Below, piece by piece: positions 1 through 9,860 of a stretch of DNA of 64,000 bases. The notes beneath the pieces are model-generated. The model did not search any database. It had not been told where the DNA came from and was given only the letters and a program-made list of their open reading frames with translations. The DNA comes from a virus. Lineage: Duplodnaviria; Caudoviricetes. Where the stretch lies: the IMG/VR virus record IMGVR_UViG_2863357390_000001; one strand, given 5' to 3'. The position numbers were made by a program, and so were the translations under genes. Each line of letters begins with the position of its first letter. Positions within the stretch are counted from its first letter, which is position 1.

Positions 1-531
1 CTAATCGACCCTGGTGCTAATCGTGTCCGCCAAGGTCGCACCTTCTCCCGCGGCGGCGATTTCGTCGCCCGCGCGGTCTCCCGCCGCCGCGACCTCCGAC
101 CCCGAATGCACGACAGGTCCGGGACCGACGTCGTATCCCCGGGCGCGGAGCAGGGAGTCGACGATCGCCTCGATCGCCGAGAAGTCGGCGGGGGCGAGCT
201 TCACCAGCTTGCCCGCCAGGTGGCGTGCCTCCGGTGGCTCTTCTTCTTCGGACGCCTCCACTTTGTATCCGGCGAGTCGGAGCCACACGGAGGGCCGCTC
301 CTCGAGCCCGGACGCCACCCGACGCACGACGTCCTCGCTTGGTTTCCACGGCTCGCCCGGCAGGTGGGTCATGTAGCCCCGCACCAGGTTGCTGACGGTC
401 TGGGGGCTGAGCCCGGACCGCTTCGCGAACCTGTTCTGAGACCATCCGCGCTGACGCAGCGACGCAGTCAGCCGCTCACCGAAGGCCCACTGCGTCCGAG
501 GCTCGCCATCCCCGACTGTCATGGGCGGCAT
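1..531 (-). CDS. Immunity repressor, XRE-family HTH (cI-like)
   Basis: LRQRGWSQNRFAKRSGLSPQTVSNLVRG HTH; divergent from Cro-like gene; start uncertain (531, 522 or 612). Confidence 0.8.
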   Translation of the reverse strand: MPPMTVGDGEPRTQWAFGERLTASLRQRGWSQNRFAKRSGLSPQTVSNLVRGYMTHLPGEPWKPSEDVVRRVASGLEERPSVWLRLAGYKVEASEEEEPPEARHLAGKLVKLAPADFSAIEAIVDSLLRARGYDVGPGPVVHSGSEVAAAGDRAGDEIAAAGEGATLADTISTRVD

Positions 532-572
532 CCTCCCGGATCGGGCACTGCCCGTCGAGCGGTACCCGCTCG

Positions 573-609
573 CACTTGCCTTTGGATGGTCTTGGATATA
601 ATTTGGATG
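573..609 (+). promoter_or_regulatory. Early rightward promoter/operator (TTGCCT-N17-TAATTT) with three TTGGAT repeats
   Basis: TTGGAT at 582, 592, 603; predicted +1 falls on ATG 611 (leaderless); near-copy at 7425-7461. Confidence 0.65.
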
Positions 610-610
610 C

Positions 611-877
611 ATGTCGTCCTCCCTCCCGACACCCCAGGAGATCCGTGATCTCCGGATGGCCGCACGGCTCAGTCAGGTCGAACTTGCCCAGCTCACCGGC
701 CTGAGCCGCAACACCGTGCAGGCAGCCGAGCAGGGGCGCCTGACCACCCGTACCGCGCGCGCACTCGGTTGTGTACTGCGCGAACTTCAAGTCCCCTCCG
801 ATCGGCTCACCCAGGTCGAGCGGCAACTCGCCGACCTCACGGCCCAGGTCGAGCAACTGGCCCGAGGTGCGGCGTGA
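611..877 (+). CDS. Cro-like XRE HTH protein
   Basis: LRMAARLSQVELAQLTGLSRNTVQAAEQG. Confidence 0.8.
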   Translation: MSSSLPTPQEIRDLRMAARLSQVELAQLTGLSRNTVQAAEQGRLTTRTARALGCVLRELQVPSDRLTQVERQLADLTAQVEQLARGAA

Positions 878-1329
878 CGTACTTCCTCGCCGAACGTCGC
901 GCCCTCGCGCACCGCCCCCTGGTCAAGATCGCGTACACCGTCCCCGAAGCCGCCACGGCCCTCGGTAAACCCGACCACACCATCCGCCGGCTGATCGCCA
1001 GAGGCGTCATCCGCAGCCGTAACACCGGGTCCGAGTACCTCATCGCCGGCGGAACACTGCTCGACCTCGTCGAGGGCACGCTCCCGGGCATCGTCGACCA
1101 CCGCGACGTCGTCCACGCCGACGATTACTACCTCACCGCCGATCTGCTGGCCCTGCTCCCCCTCAGCGAGGAGCAGATACGAGGACTCGTGCACCCCGGC
1201 AACGCCAGGTTCCGTAAAGGCCCGCTAGTGCCGACGCACCGCAGTCCGCGACTCATCGTGCCCGGGAGCAGCCTGCTGGAGTACCTGAACGGCGAGGACG
1301 CCCCGATCCGACACTCCGCGTCCGCGTGA
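874..1329 (+). CDS. Excisionase-like HTH DNA-binding protein
   Basis: AYTVPEAATALGKPDHTIRRLIARG; GTGA overlap with cro. Confidence 0.6.
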   Translation: MTYFLAERRALAHRPLVKIAYTVPEAATALGKPDHTIRRLIARGVIRSRNTGSEYLIAGGTLLDLVEGTLPGIVDHRDVVHADDYYLTADLLALLPLSEEQIRGLVHPGNARFRKGPLVPTHRSPRLIVPGSSLLEYLNGEDAPIRHSASA

Positions 1330-1490
1330 TCGAACTCTTACCCCCGCCAATCACAGCGGTGGGTCGTCCTCCACACCGGATTGCGCCCGGTACGGCGACG
1401 ACCCACCCAGAACACGAGGAGTCGACTCGTGCCCGAACGTAACCATCCCATACCGGCGCAAGCCATCCTTACCGCCCCGGAGGTCGCGTC

Positions 1491-2273
1491 GTGATCAAGC
1501 GCTGGCAGCAGGGCTCCGGCCATTGCTACTCCATCGACGGCAAACGCGCCCTCGGGGTCACCACGGTCCTCAAGGCCGTGCCGAAGGAACTCGTCGGCTG
1601 GTCCGCCAGGACCGTCGCGGACTTCGTGGTCGAGCACCCCGGTCTGCTCCAGGACCTGATCCGCGACGGCGGCGGCGACGCCACCCGCGACTTCCTCGCC
1701 GGACTCCCCTTCCAGCAGCGCAACGCCGCCGCCGTACGCGGAACCGCGGTCCACCGCCTGGCAGAGCGGATCATGCACGGCGACGAGGTCGAGGTGCCCG
1801 ACGACCTGGTGCCGTACGTCCGGTCCTACATCGCGTTCTGCGACGACTGGCAGCCGACCGCGCTGCACTCCGAACTGGTGGTCGCCTCCCGCAAGCACGG
1901 CTACGCTGGCACGCTCGACTCGATCCTGCGGATCCCCGTCCAGGGGCTGGGGGTCGTGCAGGTGGACTACAAGACCGGCAACGGCGTGTACGGCGAGGTC
2001 GCACTGCAGACCGCCGCCTACCGCTACGCCGACGTCTACCTCGACGAGGACGGCGTCGAGCAGCCGATGGTCCCGGTCGACGGCGTCTACGTGCTGCACG
2101 TGCGCCCCGAGGGCTACGAGCTGATGCCGCTGGAGGCCGGGCCGGCGACGTTCGACAGGTTCCTGGCAGTGCTGGAGATGTACCGGCAGGTGATCCGACC
2201 GGTACAGCGGGTCCGGCCGCTCGACCGGCTGATCGGCGCCCCGCTGTCGATCGACGCGCCGGCGGTGGCCTGA
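1491..2273 (+). CDS. PD-(D/E)XK phage exonuclease
   Basis: GVTTVL, RGTAVH, YAGTLD, VDYKTG, ALQTAAY motifs; upstream of annealase. Confidence 0.8.
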   Translation: MIKRWQQGSGHCYSIDGKRALGVTTVLKAVPKELVGWSARTVADFVVEHPGLLQDLIRDGGGDATRDFLAGLPFQQRNAAAVRGTAVHRLAERIMHGDEVEVPDDLVPYVRSYIAFCDDWQPTALHSELVVASRKHGYAGTLDSILRIPVQGLGVVQVDYKTGNGVYGEVALQTAAYRYADVYLDEDGVEQPMVPVDGVYVLHVRPEGYELMPLEAGPATFDRFLAVLEMYRQVIRPVQRVRPLDRLIGAPLSIDAPAVA

Positions 2274-2962
2274 TGGGCGACGAGCCGCGCGACGAGCCGA
2301 TCGTGAAGGTCATGGCCCGGGTCATGGCCGAAGTGCGTGCCGTGGGCAAGGGCGACAAGAACACCTTCCACAACTTCTTCTTCCGGGGCATCGACCGCAT
2401 CCTCGACAACGTCGGCCCGGCGCTGCGCGCGCACGGCGTCGTGCCCACACCGAGCTTGCTCACCCTGGAGTCACGGGACACCAAGACCGAGAAGAACAAG
2501 ACCGCACGCGAGATCACCGTCTGGGTCAAGTACACGTTCCACGGCCCGGCAGGCGACTCGATGGAGTGCATCGTGCCCGGCGAGGCACAGGACACGGGAG
2601 ACAAGGCGGTCTCCAAGGCCATGGCCGTCGCGTACCGGACCGCGTTGATCCAGGTGCTCGCGATCCCGACCAGGGAGCTGGACCCGGATGCCCGGTCCTA
2701 CGAGCGGACGTCGACGGACGGCGGCCCCAGTGTCACCGAGCTGAAGCGGTCCATCTGGGCCGCCGCCCAGGAACGCGGCTGGATCGCGGAGGACGACACC
2801 TACGAGGAGCTGACGCAGGACTTCGCTCTATGGCGGGCACAGGGCGACGAGCCCGTGATCGAGCTGGCCGACGCCGACTCCGAGACGCTCACGGCCTATC
2901 TGGCCTTCCTGAAGCCCAAGACGCGAATGTCGCGGACGCGGACGCGGACGGCGCAGTCATGA
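2273..2962 (+). CDS. ERF-family ssDNA annealing protein
   Basis: FFFRGIDRILDNVGPALRAHG; GEAQDTGDKAVSKAMAVAYRTAL. Confidence 0.8.
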   Translation: MGDEPRDEPIVKVMARVMAEVRAVGKGDKNTFHNFFFRGIDRILDNVGPALRAHGVVPTPSLLTLESRDTKTEKNKTAREITVWVKYTFHGPAGDSMECIVPGEAQDTGDKAVSKAMAVAYRTALIQVLAIPTRELDPDARSYERTSTDGGPSVTELKRSIWAAAQERGWIAEDDTYEELTQDFALWRAQGDEPVIELADADSETLTAYLAFLKPKTRMSRTRTRTAQS

Positions 2963-3132
2963 CGGCCGCCGAGCAGTTCGCCAGCGTGGCCGCGTTGGAC
3001 GCGGCCACCCACCACGCGGTGGAGGTGCTGCCCCCGCTGGACCCGCCGTACCAGGGCGAACTCGACGTACCCACCCGCCCCACGGTGTCGCCGTGGTTCC
3101 GCAAGCCGAACAGCCTCGGAGGTGCCGCGTGA
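2959..3132 (+). CDS. Hypothetical protein
   Basis: ATGA/GTGA coupling on both sides. Confidence 0.45.
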   Translation: MTAAEQFASVAALDAATHHAVEVLPPLDPPYQGELDVPTRPTVSPWFRKPNSLGGAA

Positions 3133-3377
3133 GCGACCCGAGCCGGTACGACCCGGTGGACCTGTGGGACCGGATGCTCGCGGCCAAGCAGGTGGTCGAG
3201 GAGTTCGAGGCGGGGGTCGATCCTGGCGAGCAGGTGGCCGCGTTCCTGTACGACCTGAAACTCGCGCTCAACGGCGACGTCCTCCGCGACGAGATCACCG
3301 GCGAACTGATGCGGTTCCGTCCCGGCCACGGCCAGGCGTTGACCGCGCTGCTCGCCGCCGGTCGGGAGGCGTCATGA
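3129..3377 (+). CDS. Hypothetical protein
   Basis: Coupled ORF, normal composition, GGAGG upstream. Confidence 0.55.
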   Translation: MSDPSRYDPVDLWDRMLAAKQVVEEFEAGVDPGEQVAAFLYDLKLALNGDVLRDEITGELMRFRPGHGQALTALLAAGREAS

Positions 3378-3838
3378 CCCGCCGCCGATGGGGAAAAGCC
3401 GGGGTCCAGCTCACCCCGCGCGAAGCGTCCCACCGCGACCGGCTCTCCGTCCTCCGTAACGCCGAGCGGAAGCGCCAGGACGAGGCCGCTCGGCAAAAGT
3501 GGTTGCAGGGCTTGGTGGTCCCGGCACACATCACGATGGCGCTCGACGCCGCAGGCCTGCACGGGCCCGAAGTGGACTGGGCGTGCGGAGTCAACGAGCC
3601 CGACGTGGACAACTGGGAATCGGGGCTCCTGTACCCGAGGTGGGAACAGCTCCTGCGATTGGCTGAAATCACGAGCCGGAGGCCGATGTACTTCATGGCT
3701 CCGGTGCACCAGATCACGTCCATCTACGACACGTCGATGCGGTTCCACCTGGTTCCCGGAGACCGGCATCCGCTGCCCGTCCACCGATATCGCTACCGCG
3801 CCCTCGTCGACGCACGCCAGTGGGGGGTACGAGCATGA
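3374..3838 (+). CDS. Degenerate XRE-like HTH protein
   Basis: LDAAGLHGPEVDWACGVNEPDVDNWESG...PRWEQLLRLA. Confidence 0.5.
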   Translation: MTRRRWGKAGVQLTPREASHRDRLSVLRNAERKRQDEAARQKWLQGLVVPAHITMALDAAGLHGPEVDWACGVNEPDVDNWESGLLYPRWEQLLRLAEITSRRPMYFMAPVHQITSIYDTSMRFHLVPGDRHPLPVHRYRYRALVDARQWGVRA

Positions 3839-4272
3839 GCGTCCGCACCGTGTTCCGCTACCTCTGCGACGCGCCTCGGTGCCCGGTTTCAGCCACCGGG
3901 GAGAGCGCCTCGTCGACTCCGGCTGGTTGGTCCCGCCTGTCCTCCACCGCCCACCTCGCCGGTGTACGGGAGACGAGAGGCACGGTGTCGCCGTCGGACC
4001 GGGCGCGTGGCAGCTTCAGCCTGCTGCTGTGCCCGGACCACGCACAGGCGTTCGACGGCCACCGGCCGGTCACCGACGGCCGACCACCGCGACCGGGCCG
4101 TGGTGCGGTCGCGGTGCACGTGGCCTGCACGTGCGGCGGCCTGTCCACCTACGCCGACGCCGCGACCGTGGCCGGTGACACCGGCGGTGTGCCCGCGCAC
4201 CTGCCGGAACGCGCCTGGTGGCTGCACCTGCCCGTCGCACTGCGCTGGTACACCACCCGGGAGATGCCGTGA
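3835..4272 (+). CDS. Hypothetical Cys-containing protein
   Basis: CDAPRC, CPDH, CTCG motifs; coupled. Confidence 0.55.
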   Translation: MSVRTVFRYLCDAPRCPVSATGESASSTPAGWSRLSSTAHLAGVRETRGTVSPSDRARGSFSLLLCPDHAQAFDGHRPVTDGRPPRPGRGAVAVHVACTCGGLSTYADAATVAGDTGGVPAHLPERAWWLHLPVALRWYTTREMP

Positions 4273-4601
4273 ACCGGCGGACGCCGCTGAAGCGCTGCGG
4301 CCGAGATGTCCGACGGAGCGGGTATTCGTTGCAGCATCGGCTCCCGCGTGGCCGTGGTGGCACCAACACCATGGCCAACTTGGTGACGCTCTGCGGATCT
4401 GCCACGACAAAATGCCACGGCGAGGTCGAGTCCGGACAACGCGCCCTCGCCACCGCCGAGGGCTGGGTCGTCCCCTCGGGCATCCGCCTGGAGGACTGGC
4501 CGGTCCTGCGCTTCCGGGAGACGTGGTCGCTGCCCGGCGAGCACGGCTGGGACGACGACGTCGACCCGCACCCGCTCCAGACCGACCCGAGGCTCACGTG
4601 A
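4269..4601 (+). CDS. HNH endonuclease (N-terminally short)
   Basis: QHRLPRGRGG...NLVTLCGSATTKCHGEVE. Confidence 0.7.
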   Translation: MNRRTPLKRCGRDVRRSGYSLQHRLPRGRGGTNTMANLVTLCGSATTKCHGEVESGQRALATAEGWVVPSGIRLEDWPVLRFRETWSLPGEHGWDDDVDPHPLQTDPRLT

Positions 4602-4858
4602 GCCGCCGACGACTGCCCGCCGCACTCACCACCGGCCGTCCCCGCTCGGACTGGCGGCTGTGGCGGGCCTGCTGCGACGGCCGCGAACCCGCCGAGGCGC
4701 TGACCACCCGGGACCGCGAGGACCTGGTGCGGCTGCTGTGGGACTGCGGCTGGACCGACGGCGAGATCGCCGTGCACACCCGACTCACCGACTACACCGC
4801 CGCCCGCATCAGGACCCGACTGGGCCTCGTGGCGAACACCCTTCCGAGCGCAGCTTGA
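4598..4858 (+). CDS. Small HTH-like phage protein
   Basis: GWTDGEIAVHTRLTDYTAARIRTRLGL. Confidence 0.55.
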   Translation: MSRRRLPAALTTGRPRSDWRLWRACCDGREPAEALTTRDREDLVRLLWDCGWTDGEIAVHTRLTDYTAARIRTRLGLVANTLPSAA

Positions 4859-4910
4859 CCGCCGCCGCGGCCGACGCGCCTCCGATCCCGACCACCAGGA
4901 GGCAGGCACC

Positions 4911-5837
4911 ATGACGTTCTTCCCCACCCCCGACGAGTTCTATCGAGACCCCCTGTACCTCGGCTTGTCCGCCCAGGCGATCGCTCTGTGGACAGTGGCC
5001 GGCTCGTGGTCCGCCGACCGTCTCACCGACGGTTTCGTGCCGACCGCGGCGCTCGCTCTGTTCCCCACGATCGACCCCGCCGCGGCCGACGAGCTGGTGG
5101 CACGCGGGATCTGGAAGCGGGCTCGCGGCGGTCACCAGTACGTCGACTGGCCGAGGACGTGCAGTCGCGAGTACGTGCTGGCGAAGCGGGAGAAGGAGCG
5201 GGACAAGAAACGCGGGCAACGCGCGGCCAATCCGGGTGCAGGAAGCCGAACTCCCAGTTCAAAGCCGGTTGTGTCCCCAGGGGACACCCGAGGGGACACC
5301 CCGGGGACTCACGTGGGGAGTCCATCGGGGAGTCCCCGCCCATCCAGTAAGCCAGTACAACCAGTACAACCAAACAAAGAACAACCCCCTTCGGGGGTTG
5401 TCGCGCCCACGCGCCCGCGCGCGAGTGCCGGGACCTACATCCCGGAGGACTTCACCGCGACCGACGAGATGATCGCCTGGGCACGGAAGGAGACCCCCCT
5501 GGTCGGCGCGGCCGAAACCGACCAGTTCCGTGACTACTGGCTCGCCGCGTGCGGGCCGTCGGCGAAAAAACGCAACTGGCTCGCCGCGTGGCGGAAGTGG
5601 ATGCGCGAAGCACAGGCCAAGGCCGAAGCCGCGCCGGTCCGACCGCACCCGCTGGTCCGGCAGCGACAGGGACTAGGACGCGTACCGACGACCGACACCG
5701 GCACGGTCACCGGATCACGGCGCATGGACAAAGTCCTCGCGGCGCTCGAGCCAGACGACCCGTTCCTCGCCGACTACCTCGACGAACCACCGACGAACGA
5801 TCACCTGCTGGTCATCGAAGGAGGCCGGACGGCATGA
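4911..5837 (+). CDS. Phage replication initiator (replisome organizer)
   Basis: N-terminal LSAQAIALWTVAGSWSADRLTDGFVP; low-complexity linker; C-terminal ETDQFRDYW...NWLAAWRKW domain. Confidence 0.75.
   Translation: MTFFPTPDEFYRDPLYLGLSAQAIALWTVAGSWSADRLTDGFVPTAALALFPTIDPAAADELVARGIWKRARGGHQYVDWPRTCSREYVLAKREKERDKKRGQRAANPGAGSRTPSSKPVVSPGDTRGDTPGTHVGSPSGSPRPSSKPVQPVQPNKEQPPSGVVAPTRPRASAGTYIPEDFTATDEMIAWARKETPLVGAAETDQFRDYWLAACGPSAKKRNWLAAWRKWMREAQAKAEAAPVRPHPLVRQRQGLGRVPTTDTGTVTGSRRMDKVLAALEPDDPFLADYLDEPPTNDHLLVIEGGRTA
5271..5385 (+). repeat. Putative origin: five GGGGA(C/G)(A/T)C iterons plus an A-rich tract inside the initiator gene
   Basis: 8-mers at 5280, 5292, 5303, 5315, 5327 (11-12 bp period), then CCAGTA repeats and an A-rich run. 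Confidence 0.55.
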
Positions 5838-6409
5838 ACCTCTCGGAGGCAGGACGCATCCTCGCCACCGCGATCAGCCTGGACCCCAAGATGCCCCAGC
5901 CCGACGCCAAGGGCTTCATCCGCGGCGTCTGGCAGAAGGCCCTGCACGACGTGCCCTACGAAGACGCAGAGAAGGCCGTTTTCGCCCACTACCGGTCCGA
6001 CGAGTACACCCGGCACCGCGAGACGATCTCGCCCGCGGACATCGTCCAGTGGTGGAACGCGCGGCGACGCCCGACCGAGCGCGAACGCTCCGGGTCGACC
6101 GGGGCCCGTGCCATCCCTGCTGCCCCGTTCGATCCGGAGCGGCTGCACGCGGGCGTGGACCGGGCCGTGGCGGCGCTCAGGGCCGGGAAGCGGGTACGGG
6201 CCGGGTCCGCGCTCGCCGTCGCCGAGCGGGAGGGCGTGCGTGAGTCGACCGCGAGGCGAAGAGTCCTGGCCCGGCCGTGCGGGTACTGCCGGGCACAGGT
6301 TGGGGAGGCGTGTGTGGACGGTCGGGGCCGGAAGCTCACGAAGTCGGAGGCGCACCCCTCCCGCCTGGTCGGCGCCGAGGTCACGCCGCGCGCGCGGAGG
6401 CTGTGGTGA
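5834..6409 (+). CDS. Helicase loader/inhibitor-like protein with C-terminal zinc finger
   Basis: WQKALHDVPYEDAEKAVFAHY; CGYCRAQVGEAC...HPSR; follows initiator. Confidence 0.6.
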   Translation: MNLSEAGRILATAISLDPKMPQPDAKGFIRGVWQKALHDVPYEDAEKAVFAHYRSDEYTRHRETISPADIVQWWNARRRPTERERSGSTGARAIPAAPFDPERLHAGVDRAVAALRAGKRVRAGSALAVAEREGVRESTARRRVLARPCGYCRAQVGEACVDGRGRKLTKSEAHPSRLVGAEVTPRARRLW

Positions 6410-6708
6410 GCCCGTCCCGGTTCGGCGACCCCGACGACGAGGCCGTGACCGCCGACGAACTGCTCGTCGACGAGCCCGCGGTCGAGGTGCCCGAGCAGCG
6501 TGACCAGCCCCCGGTGCCGCACGTGTGCGACGGGGGCTGGGTCGACCCGGACGCGGACCGTCCGGTGCCGTGTCCGGTGTGCCAGCCGTGGCTGGCCGTG
6601 ACGGTCCGGGTCGGCATCTGCCCACCCCGGGTCAGGCCGGCCCGACAGGAATCCCCCGCAGTGCCGTCCAGCGTCCCCGTGGACGCGAGAGGAGACCGTT
6701 CCGCATGA
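6406..6708 (+). CDS. Small zinc-binding protein
   Basis: CDGGW...PCPVC; coupled. Confidence 0.5.
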   Translation: MSPSRFGDPDDEAVTADELLVDEPAVEVPEQRDQPPVPHVCDGGWVDPDADRPVPCPVCQPWLAVTVRVGICPPRVRPARQESPAVPSSVPVDARGDRSA

Positions 6709-7313
6709 CATCCCACCCCGACACCAGCAGCGGCCCGCAGTACCCGACTCCGTGGCGATGCGGGGAATCCCACGGCACGACGGCGATCGTGGCTGCCGAC
6801 GGCCGGGTCGCGGCCCAGGCGGTGCCCGACGTCGCCAAGATGATCGTTCGGCTCGTCAACGCAGCAGCTGCATGCGGGGGCATCAGCACGACCCGGACCG
6901 GTGACAGCCGCTACCGCACCGGGAGCCACAACCCGCGCAACGTCTACACCGACACCGGGGACAGGGACACCGACGAGCACGTCGCCGTCGCCCTCGACCC
7001 GGCTTTCGGGCCGGTGATCGCCGCCGCCCTCAACCGGGCCGCCTGCGGAGGCGGGGCGGTCTCCGGCGGTCACTACGGCGTGGACGAGCTGCGGTCCGCC
7101 ACGTCCGCATGGGCGCGGGAGCGCGAGTCCCGGATGGACTGGGCCGCCGAAGCGATGCGCGTGGACGCCGCGATAGCCGGGCTGGCCGCCGACTTCCGCC
7201 GCATGGCGTCGCTGCCGGAGGCGGGCGAGTGCGTGCGGGGCATGTGCGAGCTGGTCGTCTCCCACCTCGACGCGATCCGTGTGCAGCCCGACGAGGAAGA
7301 CGGCTGCGACTGA
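6705..7313 (+). CDS. Hypothetical protein
   Basis: Coupled; last gene before the next promoter. Confidence 0.55.
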   Translation: MTSHPDTSSGPQYPTPWRCGESHGTTAIVAADGRVAAQAVPDVAKMIVRLVNAAAACGGISTTRTGDSRYRTGSHNPRNVYTDTGDRDTDEHVAVALDPAFGPVIAAALNRAACGGGAVSGGHYGVDELRSATSAWARERESRMDWAAEAMRVDAAIAGLAADFRRMASLPEAGECVRGMCELVVSHLDAIRVQPDEEDGCD

Positions 7314-7424
7314 CGCGCCCTGCGGGCTGAGGTTCCCCGACCGCTCGCCGCCCCCGGACGACCGCCTGGCGCGCTGAAGCTGTCCTGAGGCGCAAGGTCT
7401 GAATTGGCGAAGTGGGATCGACAA

Positions 7425-7461
7425 CACTTGCGTTTGGATGGATTTGGACGTAGTTTGGATA
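7425..7461 (+). promoter_or_regulatory. Second promoter/operator, near-copy of the cro promoter (TTGCGT-N17-TAGTTT)
   Basis: CACTTGCGTTTGGATGGATTTGGACGTAGTTTGGATA; same 10/11-bp repeat spacing. Confidence 0.65.
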
Positions 7462-7484
7462 CATCAGACGCCCAAGGAGATCCG

Positions 7485-7757
7485 ATGACGCTCTCCACCG
7501 CTCGCACCGAACTCGACCCCCAGCTCCGCCCCCTCGACACCCCTGCCGACGCGGTCGGCCTCACCGCCGCGACCACCGCCGCCGGCGCCCTCTCCGCACT
7601 CGTCACCACCGCCGTGACCACCGACCTGCCCTGGTGGGCGGTCGGCCTGTCCGGACTGGCCGGCGCGTCGGCCGCCCTGGTCCTGCTCGCCGTGTCCGCG
7701 GCGCTGATCGGCGCCGCCGGGACCGTCCTCGCTCGAGCCCGCCGGAGCACCCGATGA
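7485..7757 (+). CDS. Small membrane protein
   Basis: AGGAG RBS; two hydrophobic segments. Confidence 0.55.
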   Translation: MTLSTARTELDPQLRPLDTPADAVGLTAATTAAGALSALVTTAVTTDLPWWAVGLSGLAGASAALVLLAVSAALIGAAGTVLARARRSTR

Positions 7758-7921
7758 CCATCCCCACCGTCCGTACCGACGACCAGGCGCTCACCGGCCT
7801 GGCCTCCGGCGACCCGGGCACCGTCACGGCTGGCGACCCCGGGCTCGACGCCCGGCTCGCCGCGTGGGCCGCCACCGAACGGGCCGCGCTGGACGCCCAG
7901 GGCCGCGAGGCGCTCCGATGA
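7754..7921 (+). CDS. Hypothetical protein
   Basis: ATGA coupling. Confidence 0.4.
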   Translation: MTIPTVRTDDQALTGLASGDPGTVTAGDPGLDARLAAWAATERAALDAQGREALR

Positions 7922-8337
7922 CCCCGGCGTGGACGGTCGCGGTGCTGCTGGCCGGGCTGTGGACGGCACCGGTCGCGGTCCTGCGCGCCGCCGTCCGGCG
8001 GGCCGACGACGACGCGTTCACCGCCGCCCTGCCCTACCCGCGTGCCCGCTGCCCGCACCGCGACCTGCCCGGCGGCCGGTCGTGACGGGCCGCCACCACA
8101 TCCACCACACCGACCGGGCCCGGCACGCCTGCGCCGTCCTGCTCTTCGCGGTGGCCATCGCCGGCCTGTGGGCCGTCGTGCTCGGCCTACTCCCGTGACC
8201 CGCCAGTCCTGGTTCGCCCGGCTGCTGCTCGGCCCGCTCGACGGCCAGGACGGACCCGACCCCGACTGCCCGCGCGGCGGCGAACCCCACCCCGACGTAT
8301 CCGACCACGACACCACCACCGATCCCGAGGAGGCGCG

Positions 8338-8781
8338 GTGAGCGCGACGGTCCGCCTGTCCTGCGACTGCGGCGACGACTGCGGCCTGCACACCACGGTC
8401 ACCACCGACACCCCGTGGTCCGCCCGGGTCGTCGCCCAGGACGCCGGCTGGTCCTGCGACACCCTGCCCGGCGGCACCACGATCGACCTCGCCCCCGGCC
8501 ACACCCTCCCGACGGAGGCCGACACCGGCTACACCCCGGACACCGGCATCCCCGGCGACGTCGGCCACCTCACCGACCGGTACGGCCGGCCCTGGACCCG
8601 ACGCGGCACCCGCTGGCAGAACACCGACGGCGGCTGGCTCACCGTCGCCTCCGAACACGACCTGCTCCGCGAGGACGGTCCGCTGCGCGACCGCGTCCCC
8701 GACGACGACGAGCCCGCCGCGACCGCGATCCCGGACTGGGTGCGCAACCACGCCGCTTTCGCCGAGGGCGACCCGGCGTGA
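8338..8781 (+). CDS. Hypothetical protein
   Basis: GAGGAGG RBS; CDCGDDC motif. Confidence 0.55.
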   Translation: MSATVRLSCDCGDDCGLHTTVTTDTPWSARVVAQDAGWSCDTLPGGTTIDLAPGHTLPTEADTGYTPDTGIPGDVGHLTDRYGRPWTRRGTRWQNTDGGWLTVASEHDLLREDGPLRDRVPDDDEPAATAIPDWVRNHAAFAEGDPA

Positions 8782-8890
8782 CCACGACCTCCGACCCGTG
8801 GTGCGTCTACTGCCACGACTCCGGTGCCTGCCGGTGGTGCGGCATCCCCCGCACCACCGGCACCACCCCCCGCCCGCCCCGACCCCCGAG

Positions 8891-9295
8891 GTGAAACCCG
8901 CCGTGAACAACACCGCCCTCCTCGCCCGCATCGCCCGCGTCGCCGGACACCCCGCCCTCACCGCCACCACCCCCGACCTCGGCCGCATCGGCAACATCAC
9001 CGGCACCGCCAAGCGCGTCGACATCCAGCTCGGCCAGCCGAGCACCGTCGAAATCCTGGCCTCCTGGTACGACCTCCTCCACCAGTCCCACATCGCCCTG
9101 CACGACATGACCCGCTACGACCCCGACAAGACGCTCTCCGTCCACATCGACGTCACCGGCAAGCTCGACGGCGACGAGGTGCGCGTCTTCACCGCCCTCG
9201 ACCCCGTCCGCACCGCCCGGCTCCACGCCCTCATGCGCGGCCACGACTCCATCGCGATCGGCGTCGGCACCCTCTGCTCGATCGAGGCACCGTGA
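8891..9295 (+). CDS. Hypothetical protein
   Basis: Coupled ORF, normal composition. Confidence 0.55.
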   Translation: MKPAVNNTALLARIARVAGHPALTATTPDLGRIGNITGTAKRVDIQLGQPSTVEILASWYDLLHQSHIALHDMTRYDPDKTLSVHIDVTGKLDGDEVRVFTALDPVRTARLHALMRGHDSIAIGVGTLCSIEAP

Positions 9296-9807
9296 CCGTC
9301 CTCGACCACCACCCCGACGCGGAGACGTGCCCCGAGCTGTGCGCCACCACGCGCAGCCAGAGGTACGCCCCCACCTGCGGCCACCCCGCCGCAGACCACC
9401 GCGTCTGCGGATGCTGCCCCGGCAGGCACCGTTCGCGGTGCCAGCAAGCGCAGATCCTCACCCAGCTCACCACCACCGAGATCACCGCATACCTGCGCGA
9501 CCTCAGCGGCAGTCTCGGCTACCTCGCACCCGAGGACGCGTGGACGGACGCCGTCGGCGTGCCGCTGCCCGAGGACGTGCAGGACGCCGCACACCGGTTG
9601 TGGCGCAACGGCCTGCTGCCCGCGTTCGTCGACTGCGGGCTGCCGGACGACTACGTCGCGCCGAACGCCTGCGCCTACTGCGACATCGACCGCGAACACC
9701 ACCTCCAGCGCCACGCACCCGGCATCAGCTGGCACCGGTGGACCGAGCCGAGCGACGCCCTGCGCCTGGCCCGCATGCGCCACCGCTACGCCACCCGACA
9801 CCACTGA
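9292..9807 (+). CDS. Cys/His-rich hypothetical protein
   Basis: CPELC, CGCC, CAYC motifs. Confidence 0.55.
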   Translation: MTVLDHHPDAETCPELCATTRSQRYAPTCGHPAADHRVCGCCPGRHRSRCQQAQILTQLTTTEITAYLRDLSGSLGYLAPEDAWTDAVGVPLPEDVQDAAHRLWRNGLLPAFVDCGLPDDYVAPNACAYCDIDREHHLQRHAPGISWHRWTEPSDALRLARMRHRYATRHH

Positions 9808-9860
9808 CCACCCCGCCCGGCGCACCCCGCGTGCGCCGGGCCTCACCCCGGAGACCAGCC

